Made by a program: the position numbers and the translations under genes | The notes under the pieces: generated by a model | Seen by the model: only the letters and a program-made list of their open reading frames with translations | The model's database searches: none | What the model was told of the DNA's origin: nothing | Part shown: positions 17,178 to 24,847 of the stretch, in pieces | How positions within the stretch are numbered: position 1 is the stretch's first letter | Layout: each line of letters begins with the position of its first letter | Assembly (NCBI GenBank): GCA_043798985.1 | Contig: JAZDOE010000008.1 | Coordinates: 2,332-66,331, forward strand | Length of the DNA: 64,000 bases | Origin: Candidatus Falkowbacteria bacterium | GTDB lineage: Bacteria > Patescibacteriota > Patescibacteriia > UBA11705 > JACRDX01 | Direction: 5' to 3'

Positions 17178-20100
17178 TTACATTAAACCTTTTGTTTGTT
17201 CAAGAATCTTTTTTAATTTTTCTTTTGCCTCTGCCAATCTTGTTTTCTCCGCGGCGACAACTTTTTCCGGCGCGTTTTTTATAAATTCAACATTGCTTAA
17301 CTTTCTTTCCAGCCCGCCAATATAATTTTCCAAATTATCTTTTTCCTTTTCCAACCGTTGCTTTTCTTTTCCAGAATCAATCAATCCAGCAAGCGGCATA
17401 TAAATTTCAATTTTTCCAATAATTGCACAGGCCGCTTGCTCTGGCTTTCTTGAAACAAAATTCAAATTCTCAACTTTAGCTAACGCCTTTATTATGTTTG
17501 CCGCGTCTGCCAACGCCTTGCCACCAATAATTTCAATGTCGATTTTTTTTGCCAAATCAACTTTATGTTCAGCTCGCAAATTTCTTATTTTCGTCACAAC
17601 TTCAACAATCGCGGAAAATTCTTTATCAACTTTTTCGTTAATCAACTTCTTATCAACTTTTGGCCATTCCGCAACTATTAAATTCTCGCGAATGCCCCCG
17701 CTTGTCATCCTGAGGCTCTCGAAGGATGACCATATTGCCTCCGTCACAAACGGCGCGAATGGATGCCACAACTTCAACAAATCTTTCAATATACTCAACA
17801 AAATCGCGTCTTTGTTTTTTTCAACTTTGCTGATTTCCAAATACCAATCAGCAAAATCATTCCATGTAAATTCGCGCAACAATTCGCCTGCCGCAGAAAA
17901 ATTATATTCATCTAAAAACTTCGTGACATCTCGTTTTAAACAATTCAACCGCGACAAAATCCATCGATCTGCTAACGTCGCGCCTGTCATTTCGAACCCG
18001 CCCACGGCGGGTGAGAAATCCCTTGTAGTCGTCAGCACGAACCTAGAAATATTCCACAATTTATTAACCAAATTTCTGCATCCCTCAACTTTTTCTTCAA
18101 AAAATCTAATGTCATTGCCCGGCGTTGTGCCAATTAACAATGCCAACCGCGACGCATCTGCTCCATATTTTTCAATCATGTCCAACGGATCAATTCCATT
18201 GCCGCGCGACTTGCTCATCTTTTTGCCATTTTTATCAAGCACCATTCCGTGCAAATAAACTTTTTCAAAAGGAATTTCGCCAAGTGCAAAAAAACTCATC
18301 ATCACCATTCGCGACACCCACAAAGTAATAATTTCATAACCAGTTTCCAACATTTGCGTCGGATGAAACCTTGCAAGATCGCCGGTTTTATTCAGCGTTG
18401 AAAAAGTCCACATTCCGGACGAAAACCAAGTGTCCAAAGAATCTTCATCTTGCTTCAAATTGAACGAACCGCACGAGCAAACTGCCGGCGGTAATTTTAT
18501 ACGCACATCTTTCGCGTTGTCCGGATATGTTAATTTATAAATCTCCAAATCGCTCAAATTTGTATTAAATCCTTTTACCACACGGGCAACATCGCCATGC
18601 GCCACCGCCAAAATTTTCTTGCCTGGATATTTTTTCGCGACTTCATCAAAAAAGGAAAAAACTCGTGATTTTAAACTATCAAATGACTCAATGCCTCGCG
18701 GAGAGTCATGATGCCACGCTTCAAAATCTTTTTTGCGAAACGCGCCCAATTCTTTGTCAGATTTTCCCTCAAACTCACCCATACCAACCTCGCGCAACCG
18801 TTTATCAAAAATTATTTTCTTGATTCCCAATTTGCCTGCCACGATTTTGGCGGTTTCCTGCGCTCTCTTAAAATCCGATGAAAAAATAATGTCTATTTTT
18901 TCTGCAAGCAACTCTTCCGCGACGGAAACAGATTGCGCTTTTCCTTTTTCTGTCAAACCATTTTCTTGATTTTTTATGTCAGAATTTAATTTGTCTTCAA
19001 CGTTGCTGCGCGATTCGCCATGCCGCAAAACGATAATTTCCGTATTTAATTTTTCAGTCACTTTAACTTCATTGCATTTTTCGCAATACCAAACAGGAAT
19101 TCTATGACCAAACCAAATCTGTCGGCTGATGCACCAATCCTGCATATTTTTCATCCAATCCAAATATCTCTTTTCAAATCTCTCCGGAATAAACTCAATC
19201 GCATGTTTTTCAGCGGCTTCAATCGCTTTTTCTTTCAAAGATTTGTTGCCTAATTTTTTAATCTTTTTATCAACCGCGACAAACCATTGTTTGCTTGGCA
19301 ATGGCTCAATCGCTGTGCCACAACGATAACAAATGGATAAATTATTATCTATTTCTTCTTCTTTTTCCAACAAATTCTGCGCGCGCAACCTTTCAACAAC
19401 CATTTGGCGCGCGCCCAAAACATCTTTTCCAGAATATTCTCCAAAATTTTCTTTAATTTTTCCATTCTCATCAATTACTTTTACAACTTCCAAATTGTTC
19501 GCCCGCGCCATTTGCCAATCAACAATGGAATGCGCGGGCGTTACGCCGAGCGCTCCGGTGCCGAAATTCATATCAACCTGCCAATCACCAATGATTTTAA
19601 TTTTAAGCGGCACACCGACAAAATCAACGCTAAATTCTTTGCCAATATATTTTTTATAGCGCTCGTCTTTCGGATTTACCGCGACAGCAGTGTCGCCAAG
19701 TTTTGTTTCCGGCCGAGTCGTGGCAATTGTAATCGGAAAATTTTTATTGTATTTAAAAGTATAAAGTTTTGCTTTTTGCTCCTGATATTCCACTTCGTCA
19801 TCGGCCAAAGTTGACTGGCATCGCGGGCACCAATTTACCACTCGTTCGCCACGATAAATCACACCTGAATCATACATATCCGCGAACATTTTTGCCACAG
19901 CCTTTATCCGCGGCTCATCTAATGTAAAAGCCTGCCGCGACCAATCCAAAGACGCGCCCATTTTCTTTATTTGATGCAAAATGGTTGTTTGCGTTTCTCT
20001 CAAAAACTCCCAAACTTTTTCCAAAAATTTTTCGCGCCCCAAATCATGCCGCGTCTTTTTTTCTTCTTTCCATAATTGCTTTTCCACAACATTTTGCGTG

Positions 20101-20369
20101 GCAATTGCCGCGTGATCAGTTCCGGGTAACCACAGCGCCCTAAATCCATTCATCCGTTTGTATCGAATTATCAAATCTTCAATCGCCAAAGTCAACGCTT
20201 GGCCCATGTGTAATTTTGCGGTAATATTCGGCGGCGGCAAAATAATTGTGTATGGTTTTGCCTTTTTCGGCAAATTCAAATTGTCTGGATTAAAAAATCC
20301 ACTTTCTTCCCAATCCTTGTAAATTTTATCTTCAAAATCTTTGGGAATGTACGCCTTTGGAATCTCCAT
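17178..20369 (-). CDS. valS: Valyl-tRNA synthetase with an inserted histidine-phosphatase (PGAM-like) domain of about 200 aa.
   Basis: PNITAKLHMGQALT (HIGH), the editing domain and the KMSKS region are present. Between the two zinc-knuckle Cys pairs (WYCEKC ... CSCG) lies a full His-phosphatase fold with VLRHGESRSN and AVAHGDVARV. Confidence 0.9.
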   Translation of the reverse strand: MEIPKAYIPKDFEDKIYKDWEESGFFNPDNLNLPKKAKPYTIILPPPNITAKLHMGQALTLAIEDLIIRYKRMNGFRALWLPGTDHAAIATQNVVEKQLWKEEKKTRHDLGREKFLEKVWEFLRETQTTILHQIKKMGASLDWSRQAFTLDEPRIKAVAKMFADMYDSGVIYRGERVVNWCPRCQSTLADDEVEYQEQKAKLYTFKYNKNFPITIATTRPETKLGDTAVAVNPKDERYKKYIGKEFSVDFVGVPLKIKIIGDWQVDMNFGTGALGVTPAHSIVDWQMARANNLEVVKVIDENGKIKENFGEYSGKDVLGARQMVVERLRAQNLLEKEEEIDNNLSICYRCGTAIEPLPSKQWFVAVDKKIKKLGNKSLKEKAIEAAEKHAIEFIPERFEKRYLDWMKNMQDWCISRQIWFGHRIPVWYCEKCNEVKVTEKLNTEIIVLRHGESRSNVEDKLNSDIKNQENGLTEKGKAQSVSVAEELLAEKIDIIFSSDFKRAQETAKIVAGKLGIKKIIFDKRLREVGMGEFEGKSDKELGAFRKKDFEAWHHDSPRGIESFDSLKSRVFSFFDEVAKKYPGKKILAVAHGDVARVVKGFNTNLSDLEIYKLTYPDNAKDVRIKLPPAVCSCGSFNLKQDEDSLDTWFSSGMWTFSTLNKTGDLARFHPTQMLETGYEIITLWVSRMVMMSFFALGEIPFEKVYLHGMVLDKNGKKMSKSRGNGIDPLDMIEKYGADASRLALLIGTTPGNDIRFFEEKVEGCRNLVNKLWNISRFVLTTTRDFSPAVGGFEMTGATLADRWILSRLNCLKRDVTKFLDEYNFSAAGELLREFTWNDFADWYLEISKVEKNKDAILLSILKDLLKLWHPFAPFVTEAIWSSFESLRMTSGGIRENLIVAEWPKVDKKLINEKVDKEFSAIVEVVTKIRNLRAEHKVDLAKKIDIEIIGGKALADAANIIKALAKVENLNFVSRKPEQAACAIIGKIEIYMPLAGLIDSGKEKQRLEKEKDNLENYIGGLERKLSNVEFIKNAPEKVVAAEKTRLAEAKEKLKKILEQTKGLM
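17704..17730. repeat. Family A palindromic element, copy A1 (GTCATCCTGAGGCTCTCGAAGGATGAC), inside the valS CDS.
   Basis: Hairpin with stem GTCATCC/GGATGAC, translated in frame as ESLRMTSG. Related copies lie at 52292, 55329 and 56273. Confidence 0.65.
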
Positions 20370-20427
20370 ATAACTCTGACTCTTTATCTATAAATTTTAT
20401 CAAAATACAGCGATTTAGGCAACAACC

Positions 20428-21468
20428 TTGCTCTTTTTTTCCAAATCAGCTATCCTGAATGGATTTATGCTATCTCAAACCGCGAAGTTATTTATGTCAT
20501 CTCTTGCCAATGCGCAAGATATTTTAATTGCTTATCCGAATAATTTTGACGCAGACGCCGTTGCGGCGAGCATCACATTAGGGCGCGTTGCCGAAAAATT
20601 AAATAAACGTTTTAAAATCACGGGCAACGCGCCATTTATTCCGGATATAATTAAAACTTTGCCGCTTGGTGAAACTCTTTTTTTGCGACCAGATTCTTGG
20701 GTTGAACCACGCGATTTAACAAACAGCCACGACCTTTTGATCACAATCAACGCGCCAACAATATCCAGTCTTGAAACATTTTTTTACACCAAGCCCGGGC
20801 TAATCTATCAAACCCCTTTAGTCAACATTAACCATGGCAATGGCAATGAAAAATTTGGAACATTAAACATCATTCAGGAAGCAGCATCGTCTGTCTCCGA
20901 GATCATCTACGATATTTTAAAAGCCAGCGACAACACTTTTATGGACGAGAACATTGCCACATGTCTGCTTGCTGGCATGCTTTATAAAACAAAACGCTTC
21001 AAGTCAACCAGCATCGCAGGGCAGACACTTTCAACATTCAAACAAATCGTAGAAAGTGGCGCGCAAAAAAATGAAGTTTTCAAACATCTGTATCGCACAA
21101 AAACAATAAGTTCCATAAAACTTTGGAGTCGAATTTTGTTAAAATTAAAAATGAATCTCGCGGAAACAGTCGGCTGGGTGACGATTCAACAAAGAGACAT
21201 CGCGGAAACAGGAGCTTTCTCATGTGAATTTATTAATATAACCAATGAGCTTTTACACCTTACCCCAACGTTGCAATTTGTTATTTTCTACTATCAGGAA
21301 AACGATACGCCAACCGCGCTCGTAATCAACCGCTCGCAACACAATCTTCTGCGCGAACTAAAAACGTTCAACCCTATTGGGTCAAAAGACATTGTCAAAA
21401 TCTCTATACCCGACATGCCGATGCTTTTGACAGCAATGAACAAAACCGCATCCTTATCAATTTTGTAA
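20428..21468 (+). CDS. DHH-family phosphoesterase-like protein (NrnA-like); catalytic motifs partly non-canonical.
   Basis: ILIAYPNNFDADAVAASITLGRVAEKL resembles DHH motifs I and II. A DHHA1-like block NINHGNGNEKF stands where the GGGH motif would be. 346 aa. Confidence 0.35.
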   Translation: MLFFSKSAILNGFMLSQTAKLFMSSLANAQDILIAYPNNFDADAVAASITLGRVAEKLNKRFKITGNAPFIPDIIKTLPLGETLFLRPDSWVEPRDLTNSHDLLITINAPTISSLETFFYTKPGLIYQTPLVNINHGNGNEKFGTLNIIQEAASSVSEIIYDILKASDNTFMDENIATCLLAGMLYKTKRFKSTSIAGQTLSTFKQIVESGAQKNEVFKHLYRTKTISSIKLWSRILLKLKMNLAETVGWVTIQQRDIAETGAFSCEFINITNELLHLTPTLQFVIFYYQENDTPTALVINRSQHNLLRELKTFNPIGSKDIVKISIPDMPMLLTAMNKTASLSIL

Positions 21469-21502
21469 AAACAAAAACCGGCGTTCGCCGGAAAATTGGA
21501 AA

Positions 21503-21576
21503 TGGGTGCTATAGGAGTCGAACCTATGACCTTCTCGACGTCAACGAGACGCTCTAGCCAGCTGAGCTAAGCACCC
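21503..21576 (-). tRNA. tRNA-Val (anticodon GAC).
   Basis: Reverse complement GGGTGCTTAGCTCAGCTGGCTAGAGCGTCTCGTTGACGTCGAGAAGGTCATAGGTTCGACTCCTATAGCACCCA; anticodon loop TTGACGT. Confidence 0.8.
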
Positions 21577-21596
21577 ATGGTACTAAGTACCAATGG

Positions 21597-21680
21597 TGGG
21601 CATGGTGGGAGTTGAACCCACATGGCCAAAGGCCACACGATTTTGAGTCGTGCGCGTATGCCAATTCCGCCACATGCCCA
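21597..21680 (-). tRNA. tRNA-Leu (anticodon CAA), long variable arm.
   Basis: Reverse complement GGGCATGTGGCGGAATTGGCATACGCGCACGACTCAAAATCGTGTGGCCTTTGGCCATGTGGGTTCAACTCCCACCATGCCCA; anticodon loop CTCAAAA. Confidence 0.75.
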
Positions 21681-21729
21681 AACAATACTACGCATTATAC
21701 CAGATTTTTTTATAAAATAAAGAGCCATC

Positions 21730-21806
21730 TGGTGGTCGCACCTGGGCTCGAACCAGGGACCTTTCGGATGTGAACCGAACGCTCTAACCAGCTGAGCTAT
21801 GCGACC
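21730..21806 (-). tRNA. tRNA-Val (anticodon CAC), with CCA encoded.
   Basis: Reverse complement GGTCGCATAGCTCAGCTGGTTAGAGCGTTCGGTTCACATCCGAAAGGTCCCTGGTTCGAGCCCAGGTGCGACCACCA. Confidence 0.8.
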
Positions 21807-22038
21807 TTTGTAAATATTTTTCTACTCGTTTCCTTAAATATCCTCGGCCAAAACCCGTTTTTAATTGTCGCTCCCTTTTCATTGCATCGTCCTTCACTAA
21901 ACATACCTCGTAATACGCCATCTCTATGCTCCCCATCCTGATCGTAGTGTGCGTTTTGCCCGAGAGATGCTCTGCCAATCTCCTTTCTAAGTTCCCTGTA
22001 CATCCAACATAAAACCTATCTAAATCTTTGCTATACAT
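21784..22038 (-). CDS. Small GIY-YIG nuclease-domain protein (UPF0213 / YhbQ-like, about 84 aa). Its reading frame runs into the 5' part of tRNA-Val(CAC).
   Basis: From the internal ATG at 22038: MYSKDLDRFYVGCTGNLERRLAEHLSGKTHTTIRMGSIEMAYYEVCLVKDDAMKRERQLKTGFGRGYLRKRV, which shows the GIY..YIG..R..H..E fold hallmarks. The stop codon is the TAG in the tRNA D-loop (GGTTAG). Confidence 0.6.
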   Translation of the reverse strand: MYSKDLDRFYVGCTGNLERRLAEHLSGKTHTTIRMGSIEMAYYEVCLVKDDAMKRERQLKTGFGRGYLRKRVEKYLQRSHSSAG

Positions 22039-22045
22039 ACCACAT

Positions 22046-22162
22046 ATCTTTTGCGCTCCCCGCCCAAAGCCCGAAGGGCATTGTGGCGGGCCCGCCAGAC
22101 TGCGAAGCTGTCGGCGGGTAACCAGCCCCAAGGGGGCCCCTTCGGGGCTGAGCTATGCGACC
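22046..22162. mobile_element. GC-rich structured element followed by a 16-nt duplicate of the tRNA-Val(CAC) 5' end. It forms the terminal portion of a tRNA-linked insertion.
   Basis: CCCCGCCCAAAGCCCGAAGGGCATTGTGGCGGGCCCGCC...CCCCAAGGGGGCCCCTTCGGGGC, then GCTGAGCTATGCGACC, the reverse complement of tRNA nucleotides 1-16. The motif is homologous to 44692..44897 and 46596..46672. Confidence 0.45.
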
Positions 22163-22779
22163 TTTTTACCAACTAATTTTTCAATTTTCAAAACCAGTGT
22201 ATCAACCTCCTGCGGCCTACCACGAAAATCAGTTCCTTCAATCGGCACAACTAAAATTGGCGCGCGCTCAAAATTTTTCGCCCAATCATTATATTTATCA
22301 TTCAAACACGCAATATATTCTTTATTTTTTTGGATTTCCTGTTCCATCATTCTACCGCGTCGCCGTATCCTATCAAGCAATGTTTCAACCTCACCCTTTA
22401 AATAAATTATCACATCCGGCGACGGCAACAAATCGGCCGCGCTTTCATAAATATCCGAATAAACACGCCATTCGTCATCACTCATAAAACCATCTGCCCT
22501 CAAAAGCTTCGCAAAAACCTCGGCGTTTTCATAAATACTGCGATCTTGAATCACTGAATTTTTTGCCTCGGCAATATCATGATGATTCTTTATGCTCTGC
22601 GCGAGAAAGAACAATTGAGAATGAAACGCCCACGTTTTTTTATCCTGATAAAATCTTTCAAGATAAGGATTTTCAGCAAAAAAATCTTCCAGACAAGTTT
22701 TAAAATTTAATCTTGCTGCCAATGTTTTTGTCAGATTGGTTTTTCCAGACCCAATATTTCCGGCAATCGCGATAAACAT
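22153..22779 (-). CDS. Deoxynucleoside kinase (dAK/dGK/dCK family).
   Basis: MFIAIAGNIGSGKTNLTKTLA (P-loop) ...ENPYLERFYQD... ; 208 aa. Confidence 0.8.
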   Translation of the reverse strand: MFIAIAGNIGSGKTNLTKTLAARLNFKTCLEDFFAENPYLERFYQDKKTWAFHSQLFFLAQSIKNHHDIAEAKNSVIQDRSIYENAEVFAKLLRADGFMSDDEWRVYSDIYESAADLLPSPDVIIYLKGEVETLLDRIRRRGRMMEQEIQKNKEYIACLNDKYNDWAKNFERAPILVVPIEGTDFRGRPQEVDTLVLKIEKLVGKKVA

Positions 22780-22782
22780 ATT

Positions 22783-22960
22783 TTGGTGGGCACAGATGGA
22801 CTTGAACCATCGACCCCCGCCTTACCCGCCTGCCAGAGTCTGTGGGCGCAACTGGACTCGAACCAGTGACCCCCGCCTTATAAGGGCGATGCTCTAACCA
22901 GCTGAGCTATGCGCCCACAGACGGCGGGCAGGTAAGGGCGGTGCGGCTATGTGCCCATTA
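22783..22960 (-). other. Composite tRNA locus: a complete tRNA is embedded between the two halves of a tRNA-like sequence. The outer 5' acceptor strand GGGCACA and the outer 3' half with T-arm and CCA are complementary, and the flanks are imperfect inverted repeats.
   Basis: The reverse complement of 22783..22846 is ...GGCGGGGGTCGATGGTTCAAGTCCATCTGTGCCCACCA, a perfect T-arm plus acceptor plus CCA. The reverse complement of 22948..22954 is GGGCACA. Flanks CCGCCTTACCCGCCTGCC and GGCGGGCAGGTAAGGGCGG are near inverted repeats. Confidence 0.3.
22843..22916 (-). tRNA. tRNA with anticodon TAT, Ile-type and unusual in bacteria. It is the inner gene of the composite locus.
   Basis: Reverse complement GGGCGCATAGCTCAGCTGGTTAGAGCATCGCCCTTATAAGGCGGGGGTCACTGGTTCGAGTCCAGTTGCGCCCA. 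Anticodon stem TCGCC/GGCGG, loop CTTATAA. Confidence 0.55.
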
Positions 22961-23003
22961 GATGCTCAAACGATATCACAAAAAAAGTAAATATTCAACC
23001 TTA

Positions 23004-23630
23004 TTATATCCAAATTCTCATTTCTCTTTCAAATAACCTCTCAACATTATCCTTTAACGCCGCGCCTAAAGAACCCAGCTCATCACGAGATATAGCCAAC
23101 TCGCTCTGTGGTTTTAGCAGCGCTTGAACAATTTTCTTGTTCAACGCAGTACTAATATCCAATTCAAGTGATTTGCGCGAGATATATCCAAAATGAATCA
23201 CCGCGCGAATTGCCCAAATATAACAAAAAAGCCGCACCTGTTCAAATTTTTTGTTCAAAAAAACTGTAAGCAAAAACTGTTCCAATAAATCCCAAAACCC
23301 CACGTCCCGTTCTTCGCCTGCGGCAACCTGCGAAACAAATCCGCGAATAAAATCGCGCACAAGTATCCATTCAGCAATGTCTTCTCCCATGCGATGCAAT
23401 AGCGCTGCGCCAATTAATTGCTTAATATCTTTTGCCCCTGCGATATTGAATTCAACAATACCAAAGCTCGCCAAATGACCGGCAAGTTTGCTATTCATTT
23501 TTTTTATACCACGACCAGCAACAACGACCTTTCCGAGCTCACGTGTATAAACCAAAAAAAGAGCATCCGCTCCGTTTTTTGCCTCATACTGATTCAGCAC
23601 TATTCCTTTTGTTTTTATTATAGAGAACAT
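23004..23630 (-). CDS. recO: DNA repair protein RecO.
   Basis: The N-terminal OB fold (KGIVLNQYEAKNGADALFLVYTRELGKVVVAGRGIKKMNSKLAG) fits RecO, and the gene sits next to ruvX. Confidence 0.65.
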   Translation of the reverse strand: MFSIIKTKGIVLNQYEAKNGADALFLVYTRELGKVVVAGRGIKKMNSKLAGHLASFGIVEFNIAGAKDIKQLIGAALLHRMGEDIAEWILVRDFIRGFVSQVAAGEERDVGFWDLLEQFLLTVFLNKKFEQVRLFCYIWAIRAVIHFGYISRKSLELDISTALNKKIVQALLKPQSELAISRDELGSLGAALKDNVERLFEREMRIWI

Positions 23631-24007
23631 ATCTGCTTACTGTCCAAAAAATTCTGCAAAATAATCATAGCTGCCACGCTATCCTCGTCCTTTTTGCTTT
23701 TACCAAGCATCCCTCCAGCTAACCTTGTCGTCATGCGTTCGTCAACAATGTGCAATGGCAAAGCGAGCTCTTTCTTTAAAGATTCAATAAATATATCCAA
23801 TAATCTCGTTGGCACTTTTGTTTTCGTCGGGACACCTATAACCAGCTCGCTAATATTATTCTCTAATGCAATTTTTTTAAGTCGTAAAACCGCGGCATTA
23901 ACGTCTTGAAGCCGAATAATTTCAAATGGCACGGCAATCATTGTTTCATCGCTACCGATTGCCACACCAATTTTGCTTTTCCCCCAATCTAGTCCTAAAA
24001 AATTCAT
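23618..24007 (-). CDS. ruvX: Holliday junction resolvase-like protein RuvX/YqgF.
   Basis: MNFLGLDWGKSKIGVAIGSD... ; 129 aa. Confidence 0.8.
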   Translation of the reverse strand: MNFLGLDWGKSKIGVAIGSDETMIAVPFEIIRLQDVNAAVLRLKKIALENNISELVIGVPTKTKVPTRLLDIFIESLKKELALPLHIVDERMTTRLAGGMLGKSKKDEDSVAAMIILQNFLDSKQICSL

Positions 24008-24011
24008 AAAT

Positions 24012-24770
24012 TTACTTTGTAATTACTATTGCCCCACGTTCAGTCACTGCCACAGTATGTTCAAAATGCGCGGAGCATGACCCATCTTTTGTGACCACTG
24101 TCCATCCGTCTTTTTTGGTTTCCACCTCCCATTCACCAGCATTAATCATCGGCTCAAATGCCAAAACCATTCCGGGCGTCAAAACAAAATGAAAATTATT
24201 AATTACATAATTTGGAATTTGCGGCTCTTCATGCACATCATGCCCAACGCCATGGCCAACCAGTTGCCGCACAACAGAAAACCCCTCTGTCTCAACCGTC
24301 TTTTGAATAGCGCGCGAAACATCTTGCAAATCAACATTTGGCCGCGTCTTTTTAATCGCCACGAGTAGAGCCTTTTCCGCGGTTTTTATCAACCGCTTAT
24401 TCTTAGTTGTCATCTTTCCAACGCCAACGGTCATTGCTGTATCCGTATACAAACCCTTATATTCCATCCCAAGATCCAACCCAACAATGTCGCCATCTTT
24501 TAACACCTTCGTTGCCAACGGAATCCCATGAACCACTTCGTTATTTATTGAAACACAAAGCGCCGCTGGAAACGGGTTCCTATTCCCGCCAAAATCTTTA
24601 AAAGACGGCTGGCCGCCGGCCTTTTTAATTAAATTCTCTGCGAGCGCATTCAGATCAGACGCGCGCACATTAACCTTTGCCGCACGTGCCACTGTACGCA
24701 AAATTCGCCCAAGCTTTTTCCCGCCTTCGCGCAAAATGACTAAATCTTCCTTACTTTTTATCAAACTCAT
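24012..24770 (-). CDS. map: Methionine aminopeptidase type I.
   Basis: VHGIPLATKVLKDGDIVGLDLGMEYKGLYTDTAMTVGVG ... HGVGHDVHEEP. Confidence 0.9.
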   Translation of the reverse strand: MSLIKSKEDLVILREGGKKLGRILRTVARAAKVNVRASDLNALAENLIKKAGGQPSFKDFGGNRNPFPAALCVSINNEVVHGIPLATKVLKDGDIVGLDLGMEYKGLYTDTAMTVGVGKMTTKNKRLIKTAEKALLVAIKKTRPNVDLQDVSRAIQKTVETEGFSVVRQLVGHGVGHDVHEEPQIPNYVINNFHFVLTPGMVLAFEPMINAGEWEVETKKDGWTVVTKDGSCSAHFEHTVAVTERGAIVITK

Positions 24771-24847
24771 ATAAACTGATCATACCAAAAATTATCAAAA
24801 ATGCCCATTAAACGGGCAAGTTGATGTTCAACGTTTGTAATTTATCT

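Noticed and set aside
17494-18258. 254-aa ORF on the plus strand inside valS.
   Set aside because: It is fully antisense to a conserved aminoacyl-tRNA synthetase and Ser/Leu/Phe-rich, which is characteristic of the complement of an AT-rich coding strand.
21784-22131. Full-length 115-aa version of the GIY-YIG ORF starting at 22131.
   Set aside because: The first 31 codons cover the GC-rich structured element and give a low-complexity Gly/Pro/Arg peptide. The conserved GIY-YIG domain begins at the internal ATG at 22038, which I take as the start.
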